From: Candidatus Eiseniibacteriota bacterium
GTDB lineage: Bacteria; Eisenbacteria; RBG-16-71-46
Reading direction: 5' to 3'
DNA length: 64,000 bases
Assembly (NCBI GenBank): GCA_031370785.1
Contig: JANMQY010000084.1
Span: 310-64,309 of the forward strand
Shown here: positions 18,082 to 26,988 of the stretch, in pieces
Position numbering within the stretch: position 1 is the stretch's first letter
Layout of the letters: each line of letters starts with the position of its first letter
The notes under the pieces: model-generated
The model's input: only the letters and a program-made list of their open reading frames with translations
Told to the model about the DNA's origin: nothing
Database searches by the model: none
Made by a program: the position numbers and the translations under genes

Positions 18082-21000
18082 ATGATCGAACGCTTCGCGG
18101 GTCGCTACGCGTTGCTCAAGCACCTCGGCCGCGGGGGCATGGGCGACGTCTATCTCGCACGCGACCTGAGCACCGGAACGGAATGCGCGCTCAAGCGCAT
18201 GATCCCGGGCTCCTCGCGACTGCCGGCCGACCTGCTGCGAAACGAGTTCAAGACCCTCGCCCGCGTTCGGCATCCCGCGATCGTCGGCGTGCACGAGCTG
18301 AGCCTCTCTCCGGACGGCGTTCCCTACTTCACCATGGACTACGTGCCAGGCCTGCCGGCCGACCGCGCGCTGCGGCCGGGCGACTGGGCAGGGTTCTTCT
18401 TCGTCGCGGCCGAGCTGGCGCGCGGGCTCGAGGCGCTGCATGCGGCGGGAATCGCGCACGGAGATCTCAAGCCCTCGAACGTGCTGGTCGTCCCAGGGCC
18501 GGGCGCCGATGCGCCGCCGGTCGCGGTGCGCCTGCTCGATTTCGGACTCGCCTCGCTGTTCGGCGACGCCGCGGGGCACCGCGGCACGCCCGGCTTCGCC
18601 GCGCCGGAGACGGTGCGGGGCGAACCGATCGGCGAGCTCGCGGATCTGTATGGGCTCGGCGCCACGCTCTATGCGCTCGCCGTCGGCCGCACGCCTTTCG
18701 AGGGGCGCGGCACCTCCTCGCTGCTGCGCCAGCAGCAGACCGGACCGCCGGCGGCGCAGCTGCTCGAGGATGCCGGCGCACCCGTGGCGCTCACCCGGCT
18801 GGTACTGCGCCTGCTCTCGCCCGCTGCCGCCGAGCGCGGAGCGAGCGCGCGCCAGGTGCGCCGCGAGATCGAGCACGTGCATCCGGCGGCGCGACGCGGG
18901 CTGGCGGAGCGCTTGGCCAGCGCCCGCCTGGTGGGGCGCGAGCGCGAGCTGGCAAGACTCGAGGCCTGGATCTCCGCGCCTGCCGCGAATTCCCGCCTCA
19001 CCCTCGTCACCGGAAGCCCGGGGATCGGGAAGAGCGCGTTTCTCGACGAGCTCGCGACGCGCGCCGCCGTCGCCGGTCGCCGGGTGGCCCGGCTTTCGTG
19101 CGGCGGAAGCGCGGTCGCCGGTGAGACCGCCCGCGTCGTGCTGCGCCGGCTCGCCGCCGACGTGGTCGGGGCCGGGCTTGCCCCGGGCCACGACGCGCTG
19201 CGGGCTGGCCTCGAGGACGACGCGACTCCGATCCGCGAGGAGGCGCTCGGCGGATTGACGGCCGTGGCGGTGGCGTGGATGCGTGCGCTGGAAGATCGCG
19301 GCGGTTCCCCGCTCCTGCTGCTCGACGACATCGAGCGGCTCGATCCACTCTCGGACACACTACTGCGTCGATTGCTGCTGCACGCGGAATCACCCGCGCT
19401 GCACTGGGTGTGGGCACATGGGCGCGACGCTGGAACCGCCGATGGATGGCAGGTGCTTCTCGATTCGGGCGCCGCCCACGAGCTGGAGCTGATGCCGCTC
19501 GACCGCGCATCCACCGCAGAGCTGGCTTCCGCGCGACTCGGAGAGCCCGCTGCCGAGCGTCTGGTGGATTTCCTGTGGACGCGCGGGTCCGGACATCCGG
19601 GCCTGATCGTGGACCTGCTTCGGGCCGCGGCCGAGGCCGGCGCGCTCATCGAGGATGAAGCCGGCGTCCACGTGGCCGGCGATGCGCTCGAACGCGTGCG
19701 CATCGCCGAGGACTTCGGGCTCGGTCGACTCGCGCGCTGGCGCGCCCTGGCTTCCGCCCCTGCGGCGGCGCTTGCGACCCTCGCAGTCTGGGGTCGCGCC
19801 GTCTCGCCCGAGGATCTGGCCGCGGTCGAGCCGCGCGCGGACGGGGAGTCGCTCGCCGCACTGTTCGCAGGCGGCCTGATCACGCGCGACGAAACCCGGC
19901 GGCTGGTGATCGCCCCCTCGCTGGGCGAGCGCATCGAAGAGGCGCTCGACCCGCAGGAGCGCGTGCGCGTGCATCGCGCGCTGCTGAACGGCGCACGCCT
20001 CTCGGCGGCGGAGCGCTTCCGCCACATGCGTGCGGTCGGTGATACGCGCGGCGCTCTGGGGGCCGCCGAGGCGGCGTACTCGGAACGACCCGACGAGCGC
20101 CTCGCCGCCGATGCCGCCACGCTGGCCGAGAATGCCGCGCCCGAGAATGCCGCGCCCGAGCAGGCCCCGACCTGGCACGGACGCGCGGCGGATGCGGCGA
20201 TTCGCGGCGCTCGCTACGCGGCGGCCCTTCCCCATCTCGAGCGTGCGATCGAGCTCGCGCCGCCGGGCGCGGCGCGAAACGAACTGCGGCTCAAGCGCTG
20301 CGGCGCGTTCGCGAGTCTGGGGCGGATCGCGGCGGTCGAGGCCGACGTGCGTGCCGCTCTCGACGAGGATCTTCCGGAGGGAATGCGAGCGCGCTGGCTG
20401 GTGTACCACGCCTGGTGGCAGGACTCGACCGGAGACCGGCCCGGCGCGCTGGTGACGGACGAGCGCGCGCTCGCCCAGGCTCAGGCCGCGGGTGACGACC
20501 TCGCAGTCGCGAATGCCACGAGAAGCGCCGCGCACCTGATGCTGCGCCTGAACCGGATCGGCGAAGCTCCCGCGATGGCGGAACGCGCGCTCGCGGCCTC
20601 CCGCCGGGCCGGAGACCCGCTTGGAGAGGTGAGGGCGCGCATTCTGCTGGCCGCGGTGGCGCGTTTTCGTCATGAATTCGCGGAGGCGGATCGGCGACTG
20701 GTCGAGGCGCTGGAGGAGGCGCGCCGACTTCATCTGACGCTGGCGATCGAGGAGACGCTCCAGTACCGCGCGGTGGTGCTGGTGGAGCTGGGCCAATGGA
20801 AGGCGGCGCGCGAACAGGCGGCGGAGGCGCTGAACGTGACGCTGGAAGTCGGCCGAGGCCCCGGCGCCGCGACGGCGATGATCACGCTCGCGCTCCACGA
20901 CGGCCTGTGCGGCCGCCCGCACGAGGCGATGCGCCATTCGCTGGCCGCGGTCCGGCTGTGCCGGGCGCACATGCCCGGCCGCAAGATGGGCGCGCGGCGC

Positions 21001-23193
21001 GCACTCGCTCAGGCGTTGCGCATCCAGGGCCGGCTGGTGGCGGCGGAACGCGTGGCCCAGCGCGCGGTCGAGAACGCGCTGCGCATGAGGAACACCGACG
21101 AGATGGACTGGAGTCGGGTGGAACTCGGGCAGTGCCTGGCCGCGACCGGGCGCTGGCGCGACGCCGGCGCGGTGTGGACGGACGCCGCCCCCGCGGCAAG
21201 ACCTGTCGATTCGATCGCTGCGGCGGCCCTGCACCTTCTCGCCGGTCGCGCAGCGTTGCGCCAGGGGGCGGTGGACACTGCTCGCGAGCGACTGGCGGCG
21301 GTGGATGCCTGGCTCGATGGCCATCCGGCGCTCTATATGTCGGCGCTCGCGGATCAACTGCGCGCAGAGGTCGCGTTCCAGGCGGGCCGTGAGTCCGAAG
21401 GGGTGGCGGCCGCGCGGCGGGCCCTGACGGTGTTCGACGATCTCCCTGCGCCAGCCGATCGGGCCGCCGCGGCTTTCGAATTCGCGCGGATGACGATCGA
21501 TCAGGAGTCCGGCACGCGTGCCCCGGTGGGCGAGTGGCTGGAAGAGGCCGCGGCCGGCTTCGAGCGTCTCGGGAACCGGCGCGGTCGCGAGCGCGCGCTG
21601 ACCCTGCTGGTGCGCTGGCTCAAGCAGACGCGAGGCGGGAACGAGCCGGGGCGCGACCACGGTCTCATCGAGGCAGTGAGCCGGCTCCTGCACTCGTTGT
21701 CCGATCTGCGCGAGCTCGCGCAACGAGCGATGGAGATCGTGGTCGAGCAGCTCGGCGCCGAGCGCGGCGTGCTGCTGCTCGCGGATGCCGAGACCGGGCG
21801 GCTCACTCCCATGGCCGAGCACGGCGCGGTGGACGCGGCGATGCGACGAACCGCGGTCGGCTACAGCACGCGCGTCGTGCAGCACGTCGCGGACAGCGGC
21901 GGGAGCCTGCTGATCGTGGATGCGCCTTCCGACCGCCGCGCGCTCTCGGACAGCGTTCTCGCCCTCGGTCTCAAATCCATCGTGTGCGTGCCGATGTACC
22001 TCGGCGGCAAGGTGGTGGGAGCGGTGTACCTCGATGATTCACGGCTTCCCGAGGCGTTCAGCGACGACGATCGTCGCCTGCTCGAAGGCTTCGCGCACCT
22101 GATGGCGGTCGCGATCGAGAAGAGTCGCGGGCACGAGGAGGTGCAGCGCTTCAACCAGCAGCTGGTGGGGGAGAACATCACGTTGCGCCAGCAGGTCGGC
22201 GCGCGGTTCCAGGCGCAGAATCTGATCGGGACCAGCACCGAAATGCAGCGCGTGCTCGCGCACATCGCCATGATGGCGCACAGCGACAGCTCGGTGCTGC
22301 TGACCGGAGAGAACGGCACCGGCAAGGAGCTGATCGCCCGCATCATCCATCACTCGGGCCGCCGGCGCATGCGGCAGTTCGTGGCGGTCAACTGCGGTGC
22401 GATCCCCGAAACCCTCCTCGAGACCGAGCTGTTCGGAATCGGTCCCGGAGTCGCCACCGACGTGCGGGCCCGTGATGGACGCTTCGTGCAGGCGGACGGC
22501 GGCACGCTGTTCCTGGATGAGATCGGGGAGATGCCGCTCCGCCAGCAGGTGGCGTTGCTCGCGGTGCTCTCGAATCGGGAGGTCACGCCGGTCGGCGGCG
22601 GCAAACCGATTCTGGTGGATGTCCGGATCATCGCCGCGACGAATCGCGACCTGCGCCAGCTCGTCGAGGAGGGCGCGTTCCGCGAGGATCTCTTCTACCG
22701 TCTCAACGTCATTCCGATTGACGTGCCGCCGTTGCGCGAGCGCAAGGCGGACATTCCCGCACTGGTGCGTCACTTCGTGAACGAATTCGCGGGGCACCAG
22801 GTGCGCGAAGTGCCCGAGCTCTCCACCGACTTTCTCCCCACGCTGATGCAGAGCGACTGGCCAGGCAACGTGCGCGAGCTGCAGAACTATATCGAGCGCG
22901 TGATGTCGCTCCACCCCGGCCGCGTTCTCTCTCCCAGCCCGATGCCACGCGACCTGGGCGAACGCCGAACCATGGTGCGCACAGGACGTGGCCGTCAGCT
23001 TCCGGACCTGGTCGAAGAACTGGAACGCCGCATGCTCGAAGAGGCACTGGCCCGGGCGAGCGGCAATCAGACGATTGCAGCAAGAGAGCTTGGACTCACC
23101 GAACAGACGCTTCGCTACCGCATGAAGAAATATGACGTGGATAGCGCTCGCAAAAAACGGCGAACTCGTAGTAAATTGCGCACAAGACGATAA
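18082..23193 (+). CDS. Ser/Thr kinase - STAND-type AAA - TPR - GAF - sigma54 activator - Fis HTH multidomain regulator
   Basis: GRGGMG, CALK, HGDLKPSN, DFG, APE; LVGRERE, GSPGIGKS, LLLDD; helical repeats; SIVCVP..VGAVYLD GAF; GENGTGKE, TLFLDEIGEM, FREDLFYRL, WPGNVREL; GNQTIAARELGL. Confidence 0.92.
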   Translation: MIERFAGRYALLKHLGRGGMGDVYLARDLSTGTECALKRMIPGSSRLPADLLRNEFKTLARVRHPAIVGVHELSLSPDGVPYFTMDYVPGLPADRALRPGDWAGFFFVAAELARGLEALHAAGIAHGDLKPSNVLVVPGPGADAPPVAVRLLDFGLASLFGDAAGHRGTPGFAAPETVRGEPIGELADLYGLGATLYALAVGRTPFEGRGTSSLLRQQQTGPPAAQLLEDAGAPVALTRLVLRLLSPAAAERGASARQVRREIEHVHPAARRGLAERLASARLVGRERELARLEAWISAPAANSRLTLVTGSPGIGKSAFLDELATRAAVAGRRVARLSCGGSAVAGETARVVLRRLAADVVGAGLAPGHDALRAGLEDDATPIREEALGGLTAVAVAWMRALEDRGGSPLLLLDDIERLDPLSDTLLRRLLLHAESPALHWVWAHGRDAGTADGWQVLLDSGAAHELELMPLDRASTAELASARLGEPAAERLVDFLWTRGSGHPGLIVDLLRAAAEAGALIEDEAGVHVAGDALERVRIAEDFGLGRLARWRALASAPAAALATLAVWGRAVSPEDLAAVEPRADGESLAALFAGGLITRDETRRLVIAPSLGERIEEALDPQERVRVHRALLNGARLSAAERFRHMRAVGDTRGALGAAEAAYSERPDERLAADAATLAENAAPENAAPEQAPTWHGRAADAAIRGARYAAALPHLERAIELAPPGAARNELRLKRCGAFASLGRIAAVEADVRAALDEDLPEGMRARWLVYHAWWQDSTGDRPGALVTDERALAQAQAAGDDLAVANATRSAAHLMLRLNRIGEAPAMAERALAASRRAGDPLGEVRARILLAAVARFRHEFAEADRRLVEALEEARRLHLTLAIEETLQYRAVVLVELGQWKAAREQAAEALNVTLEVGRGPGAATAMITLALHDGLCGRPHEAMRHSLAAVRLCRAHMPGRKMGARRALAQALRIQGRLVAAERVAQRAVENALRMRNTDEMDWSRVELGQCLAATGRWRDAGAVWTDAAPAARPVDSIAAAALHLLAGRAALRQGAVDTARERLAAVDAWLDGHPALYMSALADQLRAEVAFQAGRESEGVAAARRALTVFDDLPAPADRAAAAFEFARMTIDQESGTRAPVGEWLEEAAAGFERLGNRRGRERALTLLVRWLKQTRGGNEPGRDHGLIEAVSRLLHSLSDLRELAQRAMEIVVEQLGAERGVLLLADAETGRLTPMAEHGAVDAAMRRTAVGYSTRVVQHVADSGGSLLIVDAPSDRRALSDSVLALGLKSIVCVPMYLGGKVVGAVYLDDSRLPEAFSDDDRRLLEGFAHLMAVAIEKSRGHEEVQRFNQQLVGENITLRQQVGARFQAQNLIGTSTEMQRVLAHIAMMAHSDSSVLLTGENGTGKELIARIIHHSGRRRMRQFVAVNCGAIPETLLETELFGIGPGVATDVRARDGRFVQADGGTLFLDEIGEMPLRQQVALLAVLSNREVTPVGGGKPILVDVRIIAATNRDLRQLVEEGAFREDLFYRLNVIPIDVPPLRERKADIPALVRHFVNEFAGHQVREVPELSTDFLPTLMQSDWPGNVRELQNYIERVMSLHPGRVLSPSPMPRDLGERRTMVRTGRGRQLPDLVEELERRMLEEALARASGNQTIAARELGLTEQTLRYRMKKYDVDSARKKRRTRSKLRTRR
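20126..20160 (+). repeat. 15-bp in-frame tandem duplication (ENAAP x2)
   Basis: ccgagaatgccgcgc twice plus ccgag. Confidence 0.8.
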
Positions 23194-23237
23194 TCATTTA
23201 TAACACAACTGATTACGCCACAAACACCGCCTCGCTT

Positions 23238-23251
23238 CGCAACTAGTTGCG
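23238..23251. promoter_or_regulatory. perfect palindrome, candidate enhancer (UAS)
   Basis: CGCAACTAGTTGCG; related boxes at 23149-23162 and 23167-23180. Confidence 0.45.
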
Positions 23252-23348
23252 TCCTGCAACGCCATCTGCGTTCCTACCTCGATCGCCTACGTCGAGCCAA
23301 GTCATTGCAGCACAAGCTCATCAAGTCCAGAGCAGAAGTGTCGTCGCG

Positions 23349-23364
23349 TTGGCAGGCTTTTCGC
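23349..23364 (+). promoter_or_regulatory. sigma54 promoter
   Basis: TTGGCAGGCTTTTCGC, GG-N10-GC, about 55 nt before ATG 23420. Confidence 0.55.
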
Positions 23365-23419
23365 CTTGGTTCGTCCTCGTTCCCCCCGCTTCAACCAGGA
23401 CGCCTCAAGGAGAGTGCCC

Positions 23420-23725
23420 ATGGGTTTCGTGCGCAATTCCGTTCCGTTCTTCGCCGTCATCACGATCGCCGCAGCGATCGCAGCTCCCCGAAGCTCGAAC
23501 GCCCAGATCATGGATCCGGGCTCTCCTCCGCGATTGGGCGCGGTGGCGGTCGCACCGAGCCTCGAGAGCGCGCTGCCCGCACCGAGCTTGCGCATCGACG
23601 GTTTCCTCGCTGCGCGCACCACCCAGATGCAGATGGCCGCAATGCGCTGGCTCAGCAATACCTCCCGGTCGGCGGTGAAGGCACGTCCGACGCGCGCAGA
23701 CCTGCGTCCTCGCGTCACGCGTTGA
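23420..23725 (+). CDS. small putatively secreted hypothetical protein (101 aa)
   Basis: AAGGAG RBS; hydrophobic FFAVITIAAAIAA followed by SSNA-Q cleavage-like site; basic tail. Confidence 0.6.
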   Translation: MGFVRNSVPFFAVITIAAAIAAPRSSNAQIMDPGSPPRLGAVAVAPSLESALPAPSLRIDGFLAARTTQMQMAAMRWLSNTSRSAVKARPTRADLRPRVTR

Positions 23726-23819
23726 GATCATGACGCCCCGCGGGCTTCGCCAGGTGCGTGCATGTGCGGGAGCCGTTCGCGATGCCGCCCCCGCGCTGCC
23801 GCACCTGTATCGACACAGC

Positions 23820-24272
23820 ATGAGTCATCTGCTCCTGCTCGGTGGATCGGCGCGTGAGCGCGAACAGCTTGCGCTCGCCTTTCACCGCGAGAGCGCGCTG
23901 CGCACGGGACCTTTCATTCGCGTCGATTGCTCGAGCCAGGAGGCGCAGCTGCGCGTGGCGCTCGAATGGTGGCTTGCGCGCTCGCGCCGCCGCGATGGTC
24001 CGAACCCGCTGTGGCCGGCCGAGCGCGGAACGCTATTCCTCGACGAGATCGACGCGCTTTCTGCGAACGTGCAGCGCCTACTGCTGGCGCTGATATGCCG
24101 CGGCGATGGCGGAGCGGACCGCGAGAATTGGGCTGGACGTCTGGCCGCGGGTTCGTCCGAGGATCTCGCGAACGCGGTCGAGGAAGGGCGCTTTCTTCCC
24201 GCGCTTCACGACGGGCTCGACAAGATCTGCGTGGCCCTCGGCGCCGCGCAACCGCACGTAGGTGCGGCATGA
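23820..24272 (+). CDS. stand-alone degenerate sigma54-activator AAA fragment
   Basis: LLLLGGSARERE (decayed Walker A), GPFIRVDC, AERGTLFLDEIDALSANVQRLLL, VEEGRF; no GAFTGA or HTH. Confidence 0.75.
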   Translation: MSHLLLLGGSAREREQLALAFHRESALRTGPFIRVDCSSQEAQLRVALEWWLARSRRRDGPNPLWPAERGTLFLDEIDALSANVQRLLLALICRGDGGADRENWAGRLAAGSSEDLANAVEEGRFLPALHDGLDKICVALGAAQPHVGAA

Positions 24273-24658
24273 GGCTTCGCCGAAACGCGTCCGAGGTGCT
24301 GTTGATCACGGCACTGCCCGAGGCTCACGATTCTCTGGTGAGCTCGCTCCGGCGCCGCGGGATCGAAGTCTCGGTCGCGCATGGCGGGAATGCCGCGCTG
24401 CGCCGGCTCGGGCGTGGCCCGTCGGTGGTGCTGGTGGATCTCGTACACGGCGCAGGACTGGATCGCACGTCTGTTTCGAGGATCAATCGGACGCGCGGAC
24501 GCAGCCTGGTCGTGGCCCTGCACGCGGGCGGATTCGGGCAATTTCACGGCGCAGTCGAAGATCTGAGCGTGGACGGGTTCTGCCCCGTGGAAGACTGGCA
24601 TCCCATCGCCGGTCTGGCGCGCGCCACATCGTCCACACATAGCGCCCAACCGCACTGA
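24269..24658 (+). CDS. degenerate receiver (REC)-like protein
   Basis: LRRRGIEVSVAHGGNAALRRL..PSVVLVDL pattern; lacks acidic pair and conserved Lys; ATGA overlap. Confidence 0.6.
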   Translation: MRLRRNASEVLLITALPEAHDSLVSSLRRRGIEVSVAHGGNAALRRLGRGPSVVLVDLVHGAGLDRTSVSRINRTRGRSLVVALHAGGFGQFHGAVEDLSVDGFCPVEDWHPIAGLARATSSTHSAQPH

Positions 24659-24786
24659 TTTTGGCCGCCGGATCGGGGGCTCGCGACGCGACTGAGGGGC
24701 CGCGCCTCGCGAGTCCATCCGGCGGTTCGCTCTGAGCGGCAACGGGTTCATGCCCGAATTGCCCTGCCTGAACTCTCTGTCCCATC

Positions 24787-24803
24787 TTGGCACAATTGAC
24801 GCT
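24787..24803 (+). promoter_or_regulatory. sigma54 promoter candidate
   Basis: TTGGCACAATTGACGCT, GG-N10-GC. Confidence 0.5.
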
Positions 24804-24901
24804 ACCTATGACGTGACGTTAGACTTCCAGCCGTAACTCTGCCGATTTCAGGGATGCACTCGGCACACCGGCTCTCCCCATGAGGGCGTTCAGGAGGATT
24901 C

Positions 24902-25825
24902 ATGTCGCATTTTGCCCGACGCCTTTGGGGAGCCCTGCTCCTTGCCGCGCTGATGGCGCTCTCGACCATGACGGTCGCAGACGCCGCCCCCGTGAAGACT
25001 GGCCGCTCCGCCTACCGTGCAGCGGCCTCCACCAGGACCGGGACGCGGGCGACCCATCGCCGCCGCGCGCGCCGTGCCCCTCCGGGTGGAGTCGTCTGGG
25101 CCCGCAATGCGATCGTGCTCGATCCCGCCACCGGCGAGATCCTGTTCGAGAAGAACTCGGACCGCTCTGTTCCCATCGCGAGCCTCACCAAGCTCATGAC
25201 CATGATGGTTTTTCTCGAGCAGAAGCCCGACCTGGACCTGGAGGCCGTGGTCACCCGCGAGGAGATCTCCGGCGGAGGCCACACCCAGCTTCGAACCGGT
25301 GAGATGGTTTCTCAGCGCGACCTGCTGCACATGGGGCTCATGTGCTCGGACAACGTCGCGACCCGGGTGCTGGCACGCGAATCGGGCCTGTCGCGTGAGG
25401 ACTTCCTCGCCCGCATGAATCACAAGGCAATCGAGCTGGGCATGACGCACACCCGCTTCGTGGAGTTCACCGGCCTCGACGAGCGCAATGTCTCCACCGC
25501 TGCCGATGTCGCCCGCATGCTGCATGCGGCCGCCGACATCGATCTGATCCGTGAGATCACGACCACTCGTTCCTACGCGTTCCGCACCCAGCGTCGCATG
25601 CACCAGATCAGCAACACTAACCGCCTGCTGTTCAGTCGCTACGAGATCCTGGGGGGCAAGACCGGGTTCATCAACGAGGCCGGGTACTGCTTCGCCACGT
25701 GGCTCCACACGCAGGGCCGCGATCTGATCGCGGTCGTCCTCGGAGCGCCGACCAACGCCACGCGCTTCGCCGACACGGTCCGGCTGGTCCAGCGCACGAC
25801 TACGGCCAGCATCGCCCAGCCCTAG
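24902..25825 (+). CDS. D-alanyl-D-alanine peptidase, S11 family (PBP7/PbpG-like)
   Basis: signal peptide, IASLTK (SxxK), SDN, KTGF. Confidence 0.9.
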   Translation: MSHFARRLWGALLLAALMALSTMTVADAAPVKTGRSAYRAAASTRTGTRATHRRRARRAPPGGVVWARNAIVLDPATGEILFEKNSDRSVPIASLTKLMTMMVFLEQKPDLDLEAVVTREEISGGGHTQLRTGEMVSQRDLLHMGLMCSDNVATRVLARESGLSREDFLARMNHKAIELGMTHTRFVEFTGLDERNVSTAADVARMLHAAADIDLIREITTTRSYAFRTQRRMHQISNTNRLLFSRYEILGGKTGFINEAGYCFATWLHTQGRDLIAVVLGAPTNATRFADTVRLVQRTTTASIAQP

Positions 25826-25832
25826 CCGCGGC

Positions 25833-26636
25833 ATGACCGCCCGCCAGCGCGCCGGCGCCCTGCTCGCAGGGTTCGCCGCCGGGTTGGCGGGCGGACTCTT
25901 TGGTGTGGGCGGCGGACTCGTGCTGATCCCGCTCATGACCACCTTCTTCGGGCTCACCCAGCACCAGGCGCATGGAACTTCGCTGGCGGTGATCGGCGCG
26001 ACCGCGCTGGCCTCGATCGCGGTGTACGCCGCCTACTCGAACGTGGCGTGGGGCACGGCCGCAGTCGTCGCCGCTGCCAGTCTACTGACCGTGCGCCTCG
26101 GAGCGCGCTGGGCGACGCGGCTCTCCTCGCTCTGGCTCACCCGCAGCTTCGCCGTGTTTCTCGTGGTGGTCGCGGTGCGCCTGCTGTGGAAGTCTCCGTC
26201 CGGCTCGGGTGATCCGATCTATCACGGGCTTCCCGGGATCGCGCTCGATGCCGCGCTGGGAGCTGCGGTCGGCGTGCTCGCCGGCTTCATGGGAGTGGGC
26301 GGCGGCATTCTCGCGGTTCCGGCCTTCACTCTGCTGCTCGGCATGTCCCAGCAGTTGGCGCAGGGCACCTCTCTCGCGGTGATTCTGGTGACCGCCCCGG
26401 TCGGCTCCCTCGAGCATGCCCGGCACGGCAATGTGGTGTGGAAGCTGGTCCCGATGCTCGCTCTCGGGGCCGCCATCGGCGGACCGGCCGCCTCGTGGCT
26501 TGCCCAGGGTCTTCCCCAGCAGCTCCTCGCCCGCGCCTTCGCGGTGTTCCTGCTGATCAACGCCGGGTCCACCTGGGCACGTGCCAGCCGACGAACCGAC
26601 GGGAAGCAGCCGTCAGAGACCATCCGGGCCTCCTGA
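25833..26636 (+). CDS. TSUP (TauE/SafE) family transporter
   Basis: duplicated GLFGVGGG/GFMGVGGG and AHGTSL/AQGTSL motifs. Confidence 0.9.
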   Translation: MTARQRAGALLAGFAAGLAGGLFGVGGGLVLIPLMTTFFGLTQHQAHGTSLAVIGATALASIAVYAAYSNVAWGTAAVVAAASLLTVRLGARWATRLSSLWLTRSFAVFLVVVAVRLLWKSPSGSGDPIYHGLPGIALDAALGAAVGVLAGFMGVGGGILAVPAFTLLLGMSQQLAQGTSLAVILVTAPVGSLEHARHGNVVWKLVPMLALGAAIGGPAASWLAQGLPQQLLARAFAVFLLINAGSTWARASRRTDGKQPSETIRAS

Positions 26637-26760
26637 CGCCTACTTAGCGCAGATTCTCGGGCGAAGCCATGGTCCTGGGCCTCGCTCTGGCTTCCTCGTG
26701 AATCAACGGCTTTTCCTCCAGATTTTTCCTGCGAGAGAGCATTACGTACTTGTGAAATGC

Positions 26761-26776
26761 CTGGCGCGGTCTTAGC
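26761..26776 (+). promoter_or_regulatory. sigma54 promoter candidate with upstream IHF-like site
   Basis: CTGGCGCGGTCTTAGC GG-N10-GC; AATCAACGGCTTT at 26701. Confidence 0.4.
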
Positions 26777-26988
26777 CTTATCGTCGTTCAAGTTCGATAA
26801 GACGCGCGGCTCCCCGCACCTCTCCGCGACGAACCCCCTTCGGGACGGTCTCGCCATCCGGGTCCACGGGCGCTTCGCATCCTCGCCCGACGCAGGGCCG
26901 GCCACTCGGATTGTCCACGGAACTCACGGGCCGTGACCCGTCGGCGCATTCCATTTCATCAAGGGTACACACCCGCAAGGAGAGCATC

